From the NCBI GenBank assembly GCA_035500015.1, contig DATJXQ010000080.1, forward strand, positions 1 through 47,160: DNA of 47,160 nt, in the 5' to 3' direction. How positions within the stretch are numbered: position 1 is the first letter of the stretch; every line of letters begins with the position of its first letter. The stretch comes from Steroidobacteraceae bacterium. Lineage in GTDB: Bacteria; Pseudomonadota; Gammaproteobacteria; Steroidobacterales; Steroidobacteraceae. The position numbers and the translations under genes were made by a program. Positions 1 through 9,680 of the stretch are shown in pieces. Below the pieces are notes generated by a model, which ran no database searches, had not been told where the DNA came from, and was given only the letters and a program-made list of their open reading frames with translations.

Positions 1-674
1 CGGTCGGCCTCGTCGGCATTCGCGGCAACATTGGTATCGAGCAGGTACACGGAAACGTGGCCCACCTGCGCCTGCCACAGCTGCGCGTGCACCTCGCGGC
101 CGGCGATGGGCACGCTCACCTGCAGCCGGTTGCCCGCGGCATCGCGCAGCGGCTCCACCGGCAGGTCGCGTGGATCCACGTCGCGGTAACCGGCCAGCTG
201 CGTGCCGTCCCCATCCACGGACTGGGTGAAGTAGCCCTGCCGGTACAGCAGACCGACGGCAACGAAATTCAGCTGCTCGTCGCTGGCCGCCTTGCAATGG
301 TCGCCCGCGAGGATGCCGAGGCCGCCGGAATAGATCGGAAAGCTCTCATGGAAGCCGTACTCGGCACAGAAGTACGCGACCAGCGGCTGGTCCGCCTTCA
401 CGGCCGCCTGCGACTGGTAGCGATCGAAGTACGCCAGCGCATCGGCGTAGCGCTGCAGGTACTGCGGATCGCGCGCAGCGCCGTCCAGCGTCTCCTGGCT
501 GACGCAGCGGAGCATCAGCCGGGGATTGGCCTGGGTCTGCCGCCACAGCGCCTGGTCCAGATCCTCGAACAGCGCACGGGTCGGCCGGTGCCAGCTGTAG
601 GAAAGATTGCCCGCAAGTTCCGGCAGTCGGGCCAGCGCCGCCGGGATGACCGGTGAAATTTCGATGAGCTGCAT
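1..674 (-). CDS. glgP: alpha-glucan (glycogen/maltodextrin) phosphorylase, N-terminal part; gene continues past the left edge
   Basis: Not in the ORF track because it is open at the window edge. My own translation of the minus strand from ATG (complement of 672-674) gives MQLIEISPVIPAALARLPELAGNLSYSWHRPTRALFEDLDQALW...AYFCAEYGFHESFPIYSGGLGILAGDHCKAASD. This is the characteristic N-terminus of bacterial GT35 alpha-glucan phosphorylases. Confidence 0.85.
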   Translation of the reverse strand, partial: MQLIEISPVIPAALARLPELAGNLSYSWHRPTRALFEDLDQALWRQTQANPRLMLRCVSQETLDGAARDPQYLQRYADALAYFDRYQSQAAVKADQPLVAYFCAEYGFHESFPIYSGGLGILAGDHCKAASDEQLNFVAVGLLYRQGYFTQSVDGDGTQLAGYRDVDPRDLPVEPLRDAAGNRLQVSVPIAGREVHAQLWQAQVGHVSVYLLDTNVAANADEAD

Positions 675-719
675 GGCCGCTAGTGTAGCGGCTCGATCCC
701 CGGCTCATAATGCGCTCCC

Positions 720-1301
720 ATGACACGCCTGCCCGGTTACGCGGCCGCCGCCCTGTTGTGCGCCGGCTGCGCCGCCGATCATGACAAATCCGCGAATCCG
801 GCAGCGGCTGCCGCGCACACGACCGGCTGCATCGCCGGCGGCGGGGGCTTCCTGCATGCACAGGTGCGCGGCGCGGTGGTGGCCGATCTGGACTGGAGCA
901 ACACGCAGATGGAATGCGCCGGCGGCCCGCGCCCGGAAGGGCGCGGATTGCGGCTGACCTTCGCCGGGGAACTGCCACGCCACGCCGCCGCGGATGCCGC
1001 ACGGCAGCTGCGCTTCATCTTCGGCGTGGACCAACAGGACGGCGCGCCCGGCGCGGTCCAGGCGCTGCCGACCAACCTGACCGTGATCCTGGAAGGCGAA
1101 CAGCAGCTGTATGCCACGCGCGGCGCCGGGAACTGCGCGGTGGAACTGCTGGAGCGCACGCCGCTGGCAGGAGCTGCCGGCAAGAGCCGGGTGCATGCGC
1201 GTGGCTACTGTCTAGGCCCGGCCACGAACATCGCGGGCGACGCCCGGGTGCTGGTGCCAACCTTCGAATTCACCGGCGTGGCCGATACGGAGGTTCCATG
1301 A
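720..1301 (+). CDS. uncharacterised lipoprotein
   Basis: 193-aa ORF with a signal peptide and lipobox (AAALLCAGC). Its stop overlaps the next start (ATGA at 1298-1301), suggesting translational coupling with the DUF192 gene. No family recognised. Confidence 0.6.
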   Translation: MTRLPGYAAAALLCAGCAADHDKSANPAAAAAHTTGCIAGGGGFLHAQVRGAVVADLDWSNTQMECAGGPRPEGRGLRLTFAGELPRHAAADAARQLRFIFGVDQQDGAPGAVQALPTNLTVILEGEQQLYATRGAGNCAVELLERTPLAGAAGKSRVHARGYCLGPATNIAGDARVLVPTFEFTGVADTEVP

Positions 1302-1771
1302 AACGCCTTGCCGCGTGCCTGGCGATGCTGCTGATGATGCCTGCCTGGACGCAGGCAACCCGCGACTTCCAGCCCGCGCAGCTGCGCGACTTCCCCACAG
1401 ACACGCTGGAGATCGAACGGACCGGCGGGCGCGACCGCCTGAATATCTGGGTCGCCGATACCGAAGCGCGGCAGGAGCAGGGCCTGATGTGGATCCGGAG
1501 CATGCCGGCCGACTACGGCATGCTGTTTCCGCTCGAACCGCCGCGGACCATGTACATGTGGATGAAGAACACCTATCTGTCGCTGGACATGCTGTTCTAT
1601 GACGCCGCGGGCCGGATCACGCATATACAGCAGCATGCCAAGCCGCTTTCCGAGGAGATCATCAGCTCCGGGGGCGTGGTTGCCGGAGTCGTGGAAATGC
1701 TGGGCGGGGAAGTCGCCCGCCGGGGCATCCGGGTCGGAGACAGGGTGGTAATTCACGGCCGCGGCAGCTGA
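1298..1771 (+). CDS. DUF192 domain protein (secreted)
   Basis: Internal ATG at 1298 of ORF 914..1771, preceded by GGAGG. Signal peptide MKRLAACLAMLLMMPAWTQA. Motifs GLMWIRSMPADYGMLF and YMWMKNTYLSLDMLF resemble DUF192. The upstream part of the ORF is Arg/Pro-rich GC artefact. Confidence 0.8.
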   Translation: MKRLAACLAMLLMMPAWTQATRDFQPAQLRDFPTDTLEIERTGGRDRLNIWVADTEARQEQGLMWIRSMPADYGMLFPLEPPRTMYMWMKNTYLSLDMLFYDAAGRITHIQQHAKPLSEEIISSGGVVAGVVEMLGGEVARRGIRVGDRVVIHGRGS

Positions 1772-1906
1772 TTGAATGCCTGCGGCCTGCCTAACAGGCC
1801 GGGCGGGCTCGATTCGCATTGTGGAGGACCTGGCAAGAAACCGGTAGCATCCCCACACGCCTGCTCATTCGAGGGGGGCATAAATAAGGATGGGGGAAGG
1901 GGAATC

Positions 1907-2461
1907 ATGAAAAATTGTCTCTTGAAACTTGCTGTTTCCGGGGTGCTGTTGGGTGGTGCGGTTGCTGCACAGGCTGGCAGCGACGTCGGCAGCTGGACGG
2001 TTGGCGCCGGCGTCATGTGGACCAAGCTGGACAAGGATCGTGGCCTGGACGACAACTACGGCTTCGATTACGAAGTCGGCTACGCGGTGAACGAGCACTG
2101 GGACCTGGCGCTCAACGGGTTCTCCGGCAACCACGACGATCTCTCCCCCGGCGCGACCTGGGACCACGAGATCAAGGGCATGACGATTGACTTCGATTTC
2201 GTCTTCAATCGCGGCGGCACCATCAGTCCCTTCATCATCGGCGGCGTGGGCGTCGTCGACCAGTACCGCCCCGCCACGGCCCTGCTGAACCAGGACAAGG
2301 AAGTCGTCACCAAGCTGGGTGCGGGAGCGACGGTCGATCTCACTTCCTGGAGCGGCGGCAAGCTGCAGCTGAAGGGCGACGCCTACGCCCGCGGCTCAGT
2401 GGGCCGCGGCATCATCGACTACGCGGGAACGCTCGGATTGCAGGTGGCTTTCGGCAAGTAG
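1907..2461 (+). CDS. small outer-membrane beta-barrel protein (OmpW/opacity-porin-like)
   Basis: ATG at 1907 follows GGGGAAGGGG. Signal peptide MKNCLLKLAVSGVLLGGAVAAQA. Alternating hydrophobic beta-strand pattern with Gly/aromatic-rich strands. Confidence 0.75.
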   Translation: MKNCLLKLAVSGVLLGGAVAAQAGSDVGSWTVGAGVMWTKLDKDRGLDDNYGFDYEVGYAVNEHWDLALNGFSGNHDDLSPGATWDHEIKGMTIDFDFVFNRGGTISPFIIGGVGVVDQYRPATALLNQDKEVVTKLGAGATVDLTSWSGGKLQLKGDAYARGSVGRGIIDYAGTLGLQVAFGK

Positions 2462-2470
2462 TCCCCGTCG

Positions 2471-2522
2471 CGATCCGCATTGCGGATCGACCGGACAGGC
2501 CGGGAGCGCAGCAGCTCCCGGC
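2471..2522. terminator. two GC-rich hairpins between convergent genes (bidirectional terminator candidate)
   Basis: CGATCCGC-att-GCGGATCG (2471-2489) and GCCGGGAGC-gcagca-GCTCCCGGC (2499-2522). They lie between the barrel gene (+) and the feo operon end (-). No clear U-tract. Confidence 0.45.
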
Positions 2523-2536
2523 ATCCGCCTCGCACA

Positions 2537-2707
2537 TCAGCGCGGCGCCTGATGTTTTCCCGCGGAGCTGCAGTTCGCGCAGCTTCCGGTTTCCTTGTCT
2601 TTTATGCCGGCTCCGAACACGCGGCGTCCACGCAGCCTGCGCCAGGCTGACCAGCCGGCCGCGGCCACCGCCAGGAACACGATGCCGTACTGCAGCGGGA
2701 TATTCAT
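2537..2707 (-). CDS. FeoB-associated Cys-rich small membrane protein
   Basis: 56 aa: MNIPLQYGIVFLAVAAAGWSAWRRLRGRRVFGAGIKDKETGSCANCSSAGKHQAPR. One TM helix plus a CxxC tail. Its ATG overlaps the feoB stop (ATGA at 2704-2707). The layout matches the small protein often found after feoB. Confidence 0.65.
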   Translation of the reverse strand: MNIPLQYGIVFLAVAAAGWSAWRRLRGRRVFGAGIKDKETGSCANCSSAGKHQAPR

Positions 2708-4596
2708 GAGAGCACCGCCTTCGCCACCTGGTAGGTGATGAACGAAGCCACATAGGCCATCGCAAACAGGTAGGCAAGCGTAATGAAAGGATAGCGCCAG
2801 GAGTTGGTCTCGCGCCTGATGGTCGCGATGGTGGACAGGCACTGCGGCGCGTAGACGTACCAGGCAAGCAGCGACAGCGCGGTGGGCAGGCTCCAGTTCG
2901 CAGCCAGCAGCGGCGCCAGCGCGGTCTCCACGTTGCCGCCCGAATTCGACAGCGCGTACACGGTTCCGAGCGCGCCCACGGCCACCTCGCGCGCGGCCGT
3001 CCCGGGCACCAGCGCGATGGATATCTGCCAGTTGAAGCCGATCGGCGCGAACACGACCTGCAGTGCGCGGCCAAGCATGCCGGCGAAGCTGTACTGGATC
3101 GCCGAGCCGGTGGCGCCAGCCGGCGGCGCCGGATAAGTGCTGAGGAACCACAGCACCACCATCAGCGACAGGATGATCCCGCCCACGCGCGTCAGGAAGA
3201 TGCGCGCGCGCTCCCACAGGCCCATCACCAGGTTGCGCACATTGGGCCAGTGGTATTCCGGCAGCTCCATCAGCAGCGGATGGTAGGCCGAGCGCATGGT
3301 GAAACGTTTCATCACGAAGGCCGCGACCAGCGCGCTGACCACAGCCAGTGCGTACATCCCGAACATCACCAGGCCCTGCAGGCCGAATGGACCGAAGCGG
3401 CGCGCCGGTATGAAGGCGCCGATCAGCAGCGCGTAGACCGGCAGGCGCGCGGAACACGTCATCAGCGGGGCGAGCATGATCGTGGCCAGGCGGTCGCGCA
3501 CGTTGGGGATGGTGCGTGTCGCCATGATGCCCGGGATGGCGCAGGCGAAGGAGGACAGCAGCGGAATGAAGGCGCGACCGGACAGTCCGACCCCGCCCAT
3601 CAGCCGGTCGAGCAGGAACGCGGCGCGCGGCAGGTAGCCCGAATCCTCCAGCAGCAGGATGAACAGGAACAGGATCAGGATCTGCGGCAGGAATACCAGC
3701 ACGCTGCCCACGCCGGCGATCACCCCGTCCACGAGCAGGCTGCGCAACGGCCCCGCAGGCAGGATGCCATGCAGCCAGCCGCCGAGCGCGCCGACGCCCG
3801 CATCGATCGCATCCATCGGGGGCTTGGCCCAGCTGAACACTGCCTGGAACACCAGGAAGAGCACCACGGCGAGCAGCACCGGGCCGGCCACCGGATGCAT
3901 CACCACGGCGTCGATCCGCGTCAGGGCGCGGGCACGCAGCGGCTCGCGGTAGCCGATCTCGTCGAGGATGCGGCGCACCTCGCGCTGCGTGGCTTCGATC
4001 TCCTCGCGCCGCAGCGGGCTCCAGCTCAGCGCGGCGGCTGCCGTGCCACCGCGTATCCCGGCGAGCTGGGCGAGCAGCGCGCGTTCGCCGCCGGAGGCGA
4101 CCGCCACCGTTTCCACCACCGGGCAACCCAGCTGCGCCGCGAGGCGCGCCGGATCCACATTCATCCCGCGGCCGCGCGCGATGTCGCTCATGTTGAGCGC
4201 GACGATCATCGGCCGGCCGAGGCGCAGCAGCTCCAGCGACAGGCGCAGGCCGAGCCGCAGATTGGTGGCATCCACGACGTTGACGATCAGGTCCGGCGGC
4301 GTTTCGCCGGCCAGCCGGCCCAGCACCGCATCACGCGTGATCGCCTCATCGAGGGTGGCGGCCGCGAGGCTGTAGCTGCCCGGCAGGTCGAGCACGCGAT
4401 AGGCGCGCCCGGTCGCCGCATCGTGGCTCATGCCCTCCTTGCGTTCGACCGTGACGCCTGCATAGTTCGCCACCTTCTGGCGGCTGCCGGTGAGGCGGTT
4501 GAACAGTGCCGTCTTGCCGCAGTTTGGTACGCCGACCAGCGCGATCCGCGGCGTCACGGCGGCCTCTTCGGCGATGGTCGAGGCAACGGCGTTCAT
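2704..4596 (-). CDS. feoB: ferrous iron transporter FeoB
   Basis: 630 aa. N-terminal G-domain (GVPNCGKTALFN, DLPGSYSL, NMSD) followed by a polytopic membrane domain. Overlaps the feoA stop by ATGA. Confidence 0.95.
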   Translation of the reverse strand: MNAVASTIAEEAAVTPRIALVGVPNCGKTALFNRLTGSRQKVANYAGVTVERKEGMSHDAATGRAYRVLDLPGSYSLAAATLDEAITRDAVLGRLAGETPPDLIVNVVDATNLRLGLRLSLELLRLGRPMIVALNMSDIARGRGMNVDPARLAAQLGCPVVETVAVASGGERALLAQLAGIRGGTAAAALSWSPLRREEIEATQREVRRILDEIGYREPLRARALTRIDAVVMHPVAGPVLLAVVLFLVFQAVFSWAKPPMDAIDAGVGALGGWLHGILPAGPLRSLLVDGVIAGVGSVLVFLPQILILFLFILLLEDSGYLPRAAFLLDRLMGGVGLSGRAFIPLLSSFACAIPGIMATRTIPNVRDRLATIMLAPLMTCSARLPVYALLIGAFIPARRFGPFGLQGLVMFGMYALAVVSALVAAFVMKRFTMRSAYHPLLMELPEYHWPNVRNLVMGLWERARIFLTRVGGIILSLMVVLWFLSTYPAPPAGATGSAIQYSFAGMLGRALQVVFAPIGFNWQISIALVPGTAAREVAVGALGTVYALSNSGGNVETALAPLLAANWSLPTALSLLAWYVYAPQCLSTIATIRRETNSWRYPFITLAYLFAMAYVASFITYQVAKAVLS

Positions 4597-4865
4597 GGCG
4601 GGCCGAGGCTGACCAGTACGGCCGCGGCTTCCCGCCGCCGCAGCGCGAAGCAGCTGCCCCCGATGCGCACGGCCATCGGGTCTCCACCCGGCTGCGCCTC
4701 GGCGATCACCTGGAAGGATTCGCCGGGCACGAAGCCCAGCTCGATCAACCGCATCACCACGGTGGCGCCGGTTTCATCACCGAGCGCCGCGCCATCCTCA
4801 CGCACGGTCGCAACCGTCCCCCGCGCGCCCTTGTGCAAAGCAGCGAGGGTAAGGGTTGATTCCAT
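4593..4865 (-). CDS. feoA: ferrous iron transport protein FeoA
   Basis: 90 aa from the internal ATG (complement of 4863-4865): MESTLTLAALHKGARGTVATV...GFVPGESFQVIAEAQPGGDPMAVRIGGSCFALRRREAAAVLV. This is an FeoA/SH3-like fold pattern. The longer ORF start at 5147 is not supported. Confidence 0.9.
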   Translation of the reverse strand: MESTLTLAALHKGARGTVATVREDGAALGDETGATVVMRLIELGFVPGESFQVIAEAQPGGDPMAVRIGGSCFALRRREAAAVLVSLGPP

Positions 4866-4898
4866 GGCACTTTCTGCTGGCATCACAGCTATCAGTGT

Positions 4899-4919
4899 AC
4901 GTAATGAGAATTGATTGCA
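4899..4919. promoter_or_regulatory. candidate Fur box in the feoA / TonB-receptor divergent intergenic region
   Basis: ACGTAATGAGAATTGATTGCA is the only AT-rich patch in the 224-nt intergenic region. By hand it matches about 11/19 positions of GATAATGATAATCATTATC. It sits about 35 nt upstream of the feoA ATG. Confidence 0.35.
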
Positions 4920-5089
4920 ACAAGATACCCGATTGTGGACTGCCGCACGAAGCTCGTTTGAGCTTCGTCGCAACTTCGAGCCTTGGGTCTGTCTCCGGGA
5001 GGGGGCCATGGTAAACCGCCACTTATGTGGAGTGGCGGCGATGCTGCACCGCAACTTCGATCGGCAGAACGCCTTTTTTGGAGAACCCC

Positions 5090-7882
5090 GTGACGGAAAG
5101 ACGCGAGATGGGCCGGTGGCTGGCCATGGGCCTGCTGGTGGCGGCACTACCCCTGGCCGCGATGGCCGCCGAACCGGAATCCGCGTCGCAGGAACAGGAA
5201 CTGGAGCCCGTCATCGTCACGGGCTCGCACATTCCCAGGATCATGACCGAGGGGCCCTCCCCGGTCACCACCATCACCGCGGATGAAATGGATGCGCGGG
5301 GCTTCACCACCATCCAGGAGGCGGCCAACTCGCTGACGCAGATCACCGGAATCGCGCAACCCGAGTCCTATGCCGGCGGCTTCACCCAGAATGCCAATGC
5401 GCTGGACCTGCGCGGCCTGGGCGCCAACCACACGCTGATCCTGCTGGATGGCAAGCGTGTCACGGATTACCCGCTGCCATACAACAGCGAGAGCAATTTC
5501 GTGAACCTCACCGAGTTCCCGGCGGCGGCCGTGGACCGCATAGAGCTGCTGTCGAGCGGCGCTTCGGCCATCTACGGCTCGGATGCCGTGGCCGGCGTGC
5601 TCAACATCGTGCTGAAGAAGAAACTGGACAATGCCTTCAACGTCGACGTGCGCCACGGCTATACCACCCAGGGTGGCGGTGCCTCCACGCGCGTGCAGGT
5701 GGTGACCGGCGGCAGCGCCGGCGACCTGAACCTGCTGTTCGCGGGCGAAGTGTTCGACCGCCAGCCCATCTTCGGGTACCAGCGCAAGTTCCAGGATTCC
5801 ATCTACGACGATCCCACCGTCGACGGCGATCCGGTCGCGGCGCGCGCGCTGGTGCGCCTGGATCCCTACGACTGGGACGATGATGGGGATCTTTACAAGG
5901 ACCCGACCCCCGCAGGCTGCGCGCCCTTCGCGCAGAGCACCAGTTACGCGAATCGGGCCGGCTTCGGCCACTACTGCGGCCAGTACGACGACCCGGCGCA
6001 GGCGACCATACGCAATGCGCGCAAGCGCGCCTCGGCGTTCACACGCCTCACCTACGATCTTGGCGACACGGAGCTGTACGCCACGCTGGACTACACCGGC
6101 AGCCATGACCGCGACGATTACAACTTCTCCTGGTTCAGCACCTCGGGAATGGGCCTCAGCGATTCGGGCTACATCTGGGACACCTCCTATGATCCGGCAG
6201 GCGACGGCGGCAGCGTGGCCGGCATGCAGCGCTTCTTCTTTCCGTGGGAGATCGGCGGCGCACGCGCACGCGAGGAGCTGTGGGAGGAGCAGGTAGTCGA
6301 CTACAGCGGCGGCATCCGCGGCGATCTCGCGCACAACTGGAAGTACGACCTGACGCTGGCCGGCTCGGACTACCACGTGCGGGACTACCGCCCGCTGGTG
6401 CTCACCCAGCAGGTGGCCGACTATTTCCTGGGTCCGCAGCTCGGCGAGATCAATCTCGGCGACGATGACGATCCGTTCCTGCTGCCGATCTACGACGTGG
6501 ACTGGACGCGCTTCTACACGCCGATCACCCCGGCGATCTGGCAGCAGCTGTCGCGGGTCGACGAGCAGAAAGCGCAGTCATCGAACAAGACCGCCACGCT
6601 GGTGCTGAACGGCGACCTGCTGGCCCTGCCCGCCGGTCCGCTCGCCACGGCGCTGGTGTTCGAGGCCGCCAGGCAGTCCTACGATATCGACGTCTCCGAC
6701 GCGATGCGCAATGGCGAGTACTTCGAGGCCACCTCCACCGGTGGCGGCGGCCAGCGCGACCGCTATGCCGCGGGCGTGGAATTCAGTGTTCCCGTGGCGG
6801 AGCAGGTGCGGCTGCACCTGGCGGGCCGCTACGACGACTATCACGACATCACCAAGGTGAACGGCGCCTTCACCTACAACGGCGGCATCGAGTACCGTCC
6901 CGTGAAACAGGTGCTGCTGCGAGGCAGCTACGCGACCAGTTTCCGCGCGCCGGACATGCACTACGTGTTCGCCGATCCCAGCGGCTACTTCGTCGAGGTC
7001 ACGGACCAGTACCTGTGCCGTCGCGACCATTCGGACGTGTCGCTGTCGCTGTGCCCGGTGGATGCCAGCCCGCAGGGCGCGCGCCAGGGCAACCCCTTCC
7101 TGAAGGAGGAGACCAGCAAGTCCTACACCTTCGGCACAGTGGTGGAGCCGGTGCGCGACCTCACGCTCTCGGCGGATTATTACCACATCAGGCTCGTCAA
7201 CGCCGTCAAGGACAACTCGATCGACCAGTTGCTGCAGACCGAAGCCGATTGCCGGCTGGGCCAGACGCTGAGCGGCGCGCCCGTGGACATCGGCTCGCTG
7301 CAATGCCAGTCGGCGCTGGCCCACGTACAGCGGCGTCCGGCCGATGGCGGCCCGCAGTCCGAGGAACTGATCGGCGTGGAGACCGGCCCGATCAACTCGG
7401 CGATGCTCCAGACCAGCGGCCTGGATGCCTCGCTGGACTATTCCCTGAAAACCGGCGGCTGGGGGGAATTCGATTTCAAGGCTTCCTTCACCCAGGTGCT
7501 GTCGTACAAGACGCAGGATTTCGCCGGCGACCCGGTGATGGACGAGCTGAAGGACCTGGAGAACTTCGACTGGCACAGCCGCATGAGCGGCAGCGTCACC
7601 TGGAAGCTGGGCGATGTGTCCAGCTCCCTGTTCGTGCAGCGTTTCGGCTCCACGCCCAACTGGGCGGAGACCGGCCGCATCGGGTCGTGGACCATCGCGA
7701 ACCTCACCGCGCGGTACAGCGGCCTGCTCGGCGGCAAGACCTATGTGGGGCTCGCGATCGACAACCTCTTCAACCGCAAGCCGCCGCGCGATCCGACCTA
7801 CGACCAGTATCCGTACTACTCGGACTACAACTACGACCCGACCGGCCGGGAAATCTTCTTCGAGATCGGCGCGCGCCTGTAA
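5090..7882 (+). CDS. TonB-dependent outer-membrane receptor
   Basis: GTG at 5090 lies 6 nt after GGAGA (alternative ATG at 5108). Signal peptide ...LLVAALPLAAMAAE. Plug-domain motifs (EPVIVTGSHIPR, DLRGLGANHTLILLDGKRV, IELLSSGASAIYGSDAVAGVLNIVLK) followed by a long beta-barrel. Confidence 0.9.
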   Translation: MTERREMGRWLAMGLLVAALPLAAMAAEPESASQEQELEPVIVTGSHIPRIMTEGPSPVTTITADEMDARGFTTIQEAANSLTQITGIAQPESYAGGFTQNANALDLRGLGANHTLILLDGKRVTDYPLPYNSESNFVNLTEFPAAAVDRIELLSSGASAIYGSDAVAGVLNIVLKKKLDNAFNVDVRHGYTTQGGGASTRVQVVTGGSAGDLNLLFAGEVFDRQPIFGYQRKFQDSIYDDPTVDGDPVAARALVRLDPYDWDDDGDLYKDPTPAGCAPFAQSTSYANRAGFGHYCGQYDDPAQATIRNARKRASAFTRLTYDLGDTELYATLDYTGSHDRDDYNFSWFSTSGMGLSDSGYIWDTSYDPAGDGGSVAGMQRFFFPWEIGGARAREELWEEQVVDYSGGIRGDLAHNWKYDLTLAGSDYHVRDYRPLVLTQQVADYFLGPQLGEINLGDDDDPFLLPIYDVDWTRFYTPITPAIWQQLSRVDEQKAQSSNKTATLVLNGDLLALPAGPLATALVFEAARQSYDIDVSDAMRNGEYFEATSTGGGGQRDRYAAGVEFSVPVAEQVRLHLAGRYDDYHDITKVNGAFTYNGGIEYRPVKQVLLRGSYATSFRAPDMHYVFADPSGYFVEVTDQYLCRRDHSDVSLSLCPVDASPQGARQGNPFLKEETSKSYTFGTVVEPVRDLTLSADYYHIRLVNAVKDNSIDQLLQTEADCRLGQTLSGAPVDIGSLQCQSALAHVQRRPADGGPQSEELIGVETGPINSAMLQTSGLDASLDYSLKTGGWGEFDFKASFTQVLSYKTQDFAGDPVMDELKDLENFDWHSRMSGSVTWKLGDVSSSLFVQRFGSTPNWAETGRIGSWTIANLTARYSGLLGGKTYVGLAIDNLFNRKPPRDPTYDQYPYYSDYNYDPTGREIFFEIGARL

Positions 7883-7904
7883 GGCGCCGCGGACAGCCGA
7901 TGCA

Positions 7905-7933
7905 GGCGGCGGGGGCTGACCCGCCGCCTTTTT
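7905..7933 (+). terminator. Rho-independent terminator of the TonB-dependent receptor gene
   Basis: GGCGGCGGG-ggctga-CCCGCCGCC followed by TTTTT (7929-7933), 22 nt after the stop codon. The T-run abuts the fbp stop on the other strand. Confidence 0.8.
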
Positions 7934-8946
7934 CATGCGAGGTGCGCGACGACCTCGTCCACTTCCGCACCGCTCCCCAGGATCACCGTGGTGCGCTGGT
8001 GGATCTGCGCCGGCGGCACCTCGAGGATGCGCCGCCCCGGCGCCGCCAGCGCCTTGCCACCGGCCTGCTCCACGAGGAAGGCCATGGGATTGGCCTCGTA
8101 CATCAGCCGCAGCTTGCCCTGCGGGGCCTTCTGCGTCGGCGGATACATGAACACGCCGCCCTGGATCAGGATGCGGTGCACGTCGGCCACCATCGCGCCC
8201 ACGTAGCGGCTGGAATAGCCGTTCTCCTGCGCCCAGTGCAGGTAGCGCTGGTAGCCCTCGGGCAGCGACAGGCGGTTGCCTTCGTTCAGCGAGTAGCACT
8301 TGTTGCGCGGCGGAATCTTCAACCCCTCGGCCACGCGCACGAATGCGCCGATGGCCGGGTCGAGCACGAACATGTCCACGCCGCTGCCGATGGTCAGCGC
8401 CATCACCGTGGAGGAACCGTACAGCACGTAGCCGGCCGCCACCTGCTGCGCACCCGGTTGCAGCAGCGAATCCTCGATGCGTGAGGAGCGGCGATCCTTG
8501 CGCAGGATGCTGAAGATGGTGCCGACGCCGCCGGCGATATCCAGGTTGGAGGAACCGTCGAGGGGATCGAACATCACCACGTAACGGGTCCCGCCGTCGT
8601 CCTCATCGCGCAGGATCACGGCCTCGTCGTTTTCCTCCGAAGCCACCACCGCCACGCCCTGACGCCCGCCGAGGTTGCGCAGCAGGATGTCGTTGGCGAT
8701 GACGTCCAGCTTCTGCTGGGTTTCCCCCTGCACGTTCTGGCTGCCCACGCTGCCCAGCACGTCCTCCAGCCGCGCGCGGCGTACCTGCGCGGCTATCATT
8801 TTTGCGGAAATCGAGATCGCCGACAGCACCCACGACAGCGTGCCGGTGGCCTCGGCGAAGCGTGCCTGCTGCGCCAGGATATGGGACTGGATGGTGACCA
8901 GGGGACGCGCGGCGGCACGCCCCTGCGCGGCGGGATTGGCATTCAT
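7933..8946 (-). CDS. fbp: fructose-1,6-bisphosphatase class 1
   Basis: 337 aa. Motifs VASEENDEAV, DPLDGSSNLD, GYVLYGSSTVMAL and YVGAMVADVHRILIQGGVFMYP are typical FBPase I. Confidence 0.95.
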   Translation of the reverse strand: MNANPAAQGRAAARPLVTIQSHILAQQARFAEATGTLSWVLSAISISAKMIAAQVRRARLEDVLGSVGSQNVQGETQQKLDVIANDILLRNLGGRQGVAVVASEENDEAVILRDEDDGGTRYVVMFDPLDGSSNLDIAGGVGTIFSILRKDRRSSRIEDSLLQPGAQQVAAGYVLYGSSTVMALTIGSGVDMFVLDPAIGAFVRVAEGLKIPPRNKCYSLNEGNRLSLPEGYQRYLHWAQENGYSSRYVGAMVADVHRILIQGGVFMYPPTQKAPQGKLRLMYEANPMAFLVEQAGGKALAAPGRRILEVPPAQIHQRTTVILGSGAEVDEVVAHLA

Positions 8947-8985
8947 GGGCGCCGATTATGCCGCCGAACCGATATCCTTGCCGGC

Positions 8986-9678
8986 ATGTGGCATTTCGGG
9001 GAGACGGAGTTGTCGGCGCTGGAGCTCAGCCTCACGGTGGCGCTGCGCGCCGTGCTGCTGAACCTGCTGCCGGCAGTCATCGCGGCCTGGCTGCTGACAC
9101 GCCGGCGATTCCCCGGCCGCACGCTGTTCGACGCCTTCGTGCACCTGCCGCTGGTGCTGCCGCCGGTGCTGGTCGGCTACCTGCTGTTGCTGCTGCTGGG
9201 CACGCGCGGCCCCATCGGCGGCTGGCTGGACCGCGCCTTCGGCCTGCAGCTCGCGTTCACCACCATGGGCGCGGCGGTGGCCACCGCGGTGATGTCCTTC
9301 CCGATGATGGTGCGGGCCATGCGCATTTCGCTGGAGAACGTGGACCGCGGTCTCGAGGAAGCCGCGCGCACGCTGGGTGCCGGCCCCTGGCGGCGCTTCG
9401 CCACCATCACGCTGCCGCTGATGCTGCCCGGCGTGCTGGCCGGTTCGGTGACGGCCTTCGCGGCGGGCCTCGGGGAATTCGGCGCGGTGATCACCTTCGT
9501 GTCGAACATTCCGGGAGTAAGCCGCACGCTGCCGCTCGCGTTGTACACGGCGCTGCAATTGCCCAATGGCGATGCCACCGCGGCGCGGCTGGCGGTGATC
9601 TCCTTCGCGCTGGGACTCGCGGGCCTGCTCGCCTCGGAAGTGCTGGCTCGGGCGCTGCGCCGCTGGCTGGGGAAATAG
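8986..9678 (+). CDS. modB: molybdate ABC transporter permease ModB
   Basis: Internal ATG at 8986. Collinear with E. coli ModB as I recall it (HLPLVLPPVLVGYLLL, MSFPMMVRAMR, AARTLGAGPWRRFATITLPL, GEFGAVITFVSNIPG). Confidence 0.92.
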   Translation: MWHFGETELSALELSLTVALRAVLLNLLPAVIAAWLLTRRRFPGRTLFDAFVHLPLVLPPVLVGYLLLLLLGTRGPIGGWLDRAFGLQLAFTTMGAAVATAVMSFPMMVRAMRISLENVDRGLEEAARTLGAGPWRRFATITLPLMLPGVLAGSVTAFAAGLGEFGAVITFVSNIPGVSRTLPLALYTALQLPNGDATAARLAVISFALGLAGLLASEVLARALRRWLGK

Positions 9679-9680
9679 CC

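Noticed and set aside
1830-1860. TGGCAAGAAACCGGTAGCA upstream of the small OM barrel gene as a sigma-54 promoter
   Set aside because: It has the TGGCA element but lacks the TTGC(A/T) -12 element at the required spacing.
3250-4914. 554-aa plus-strand ORF antisense to feoB/feoA
   Set aside because: Its composition (Arg/Ala/Gly/His-rich, no motifs) is typical of antisense frames in high-GC DNA. The opposite strand encodes an unmistakable FeoB.
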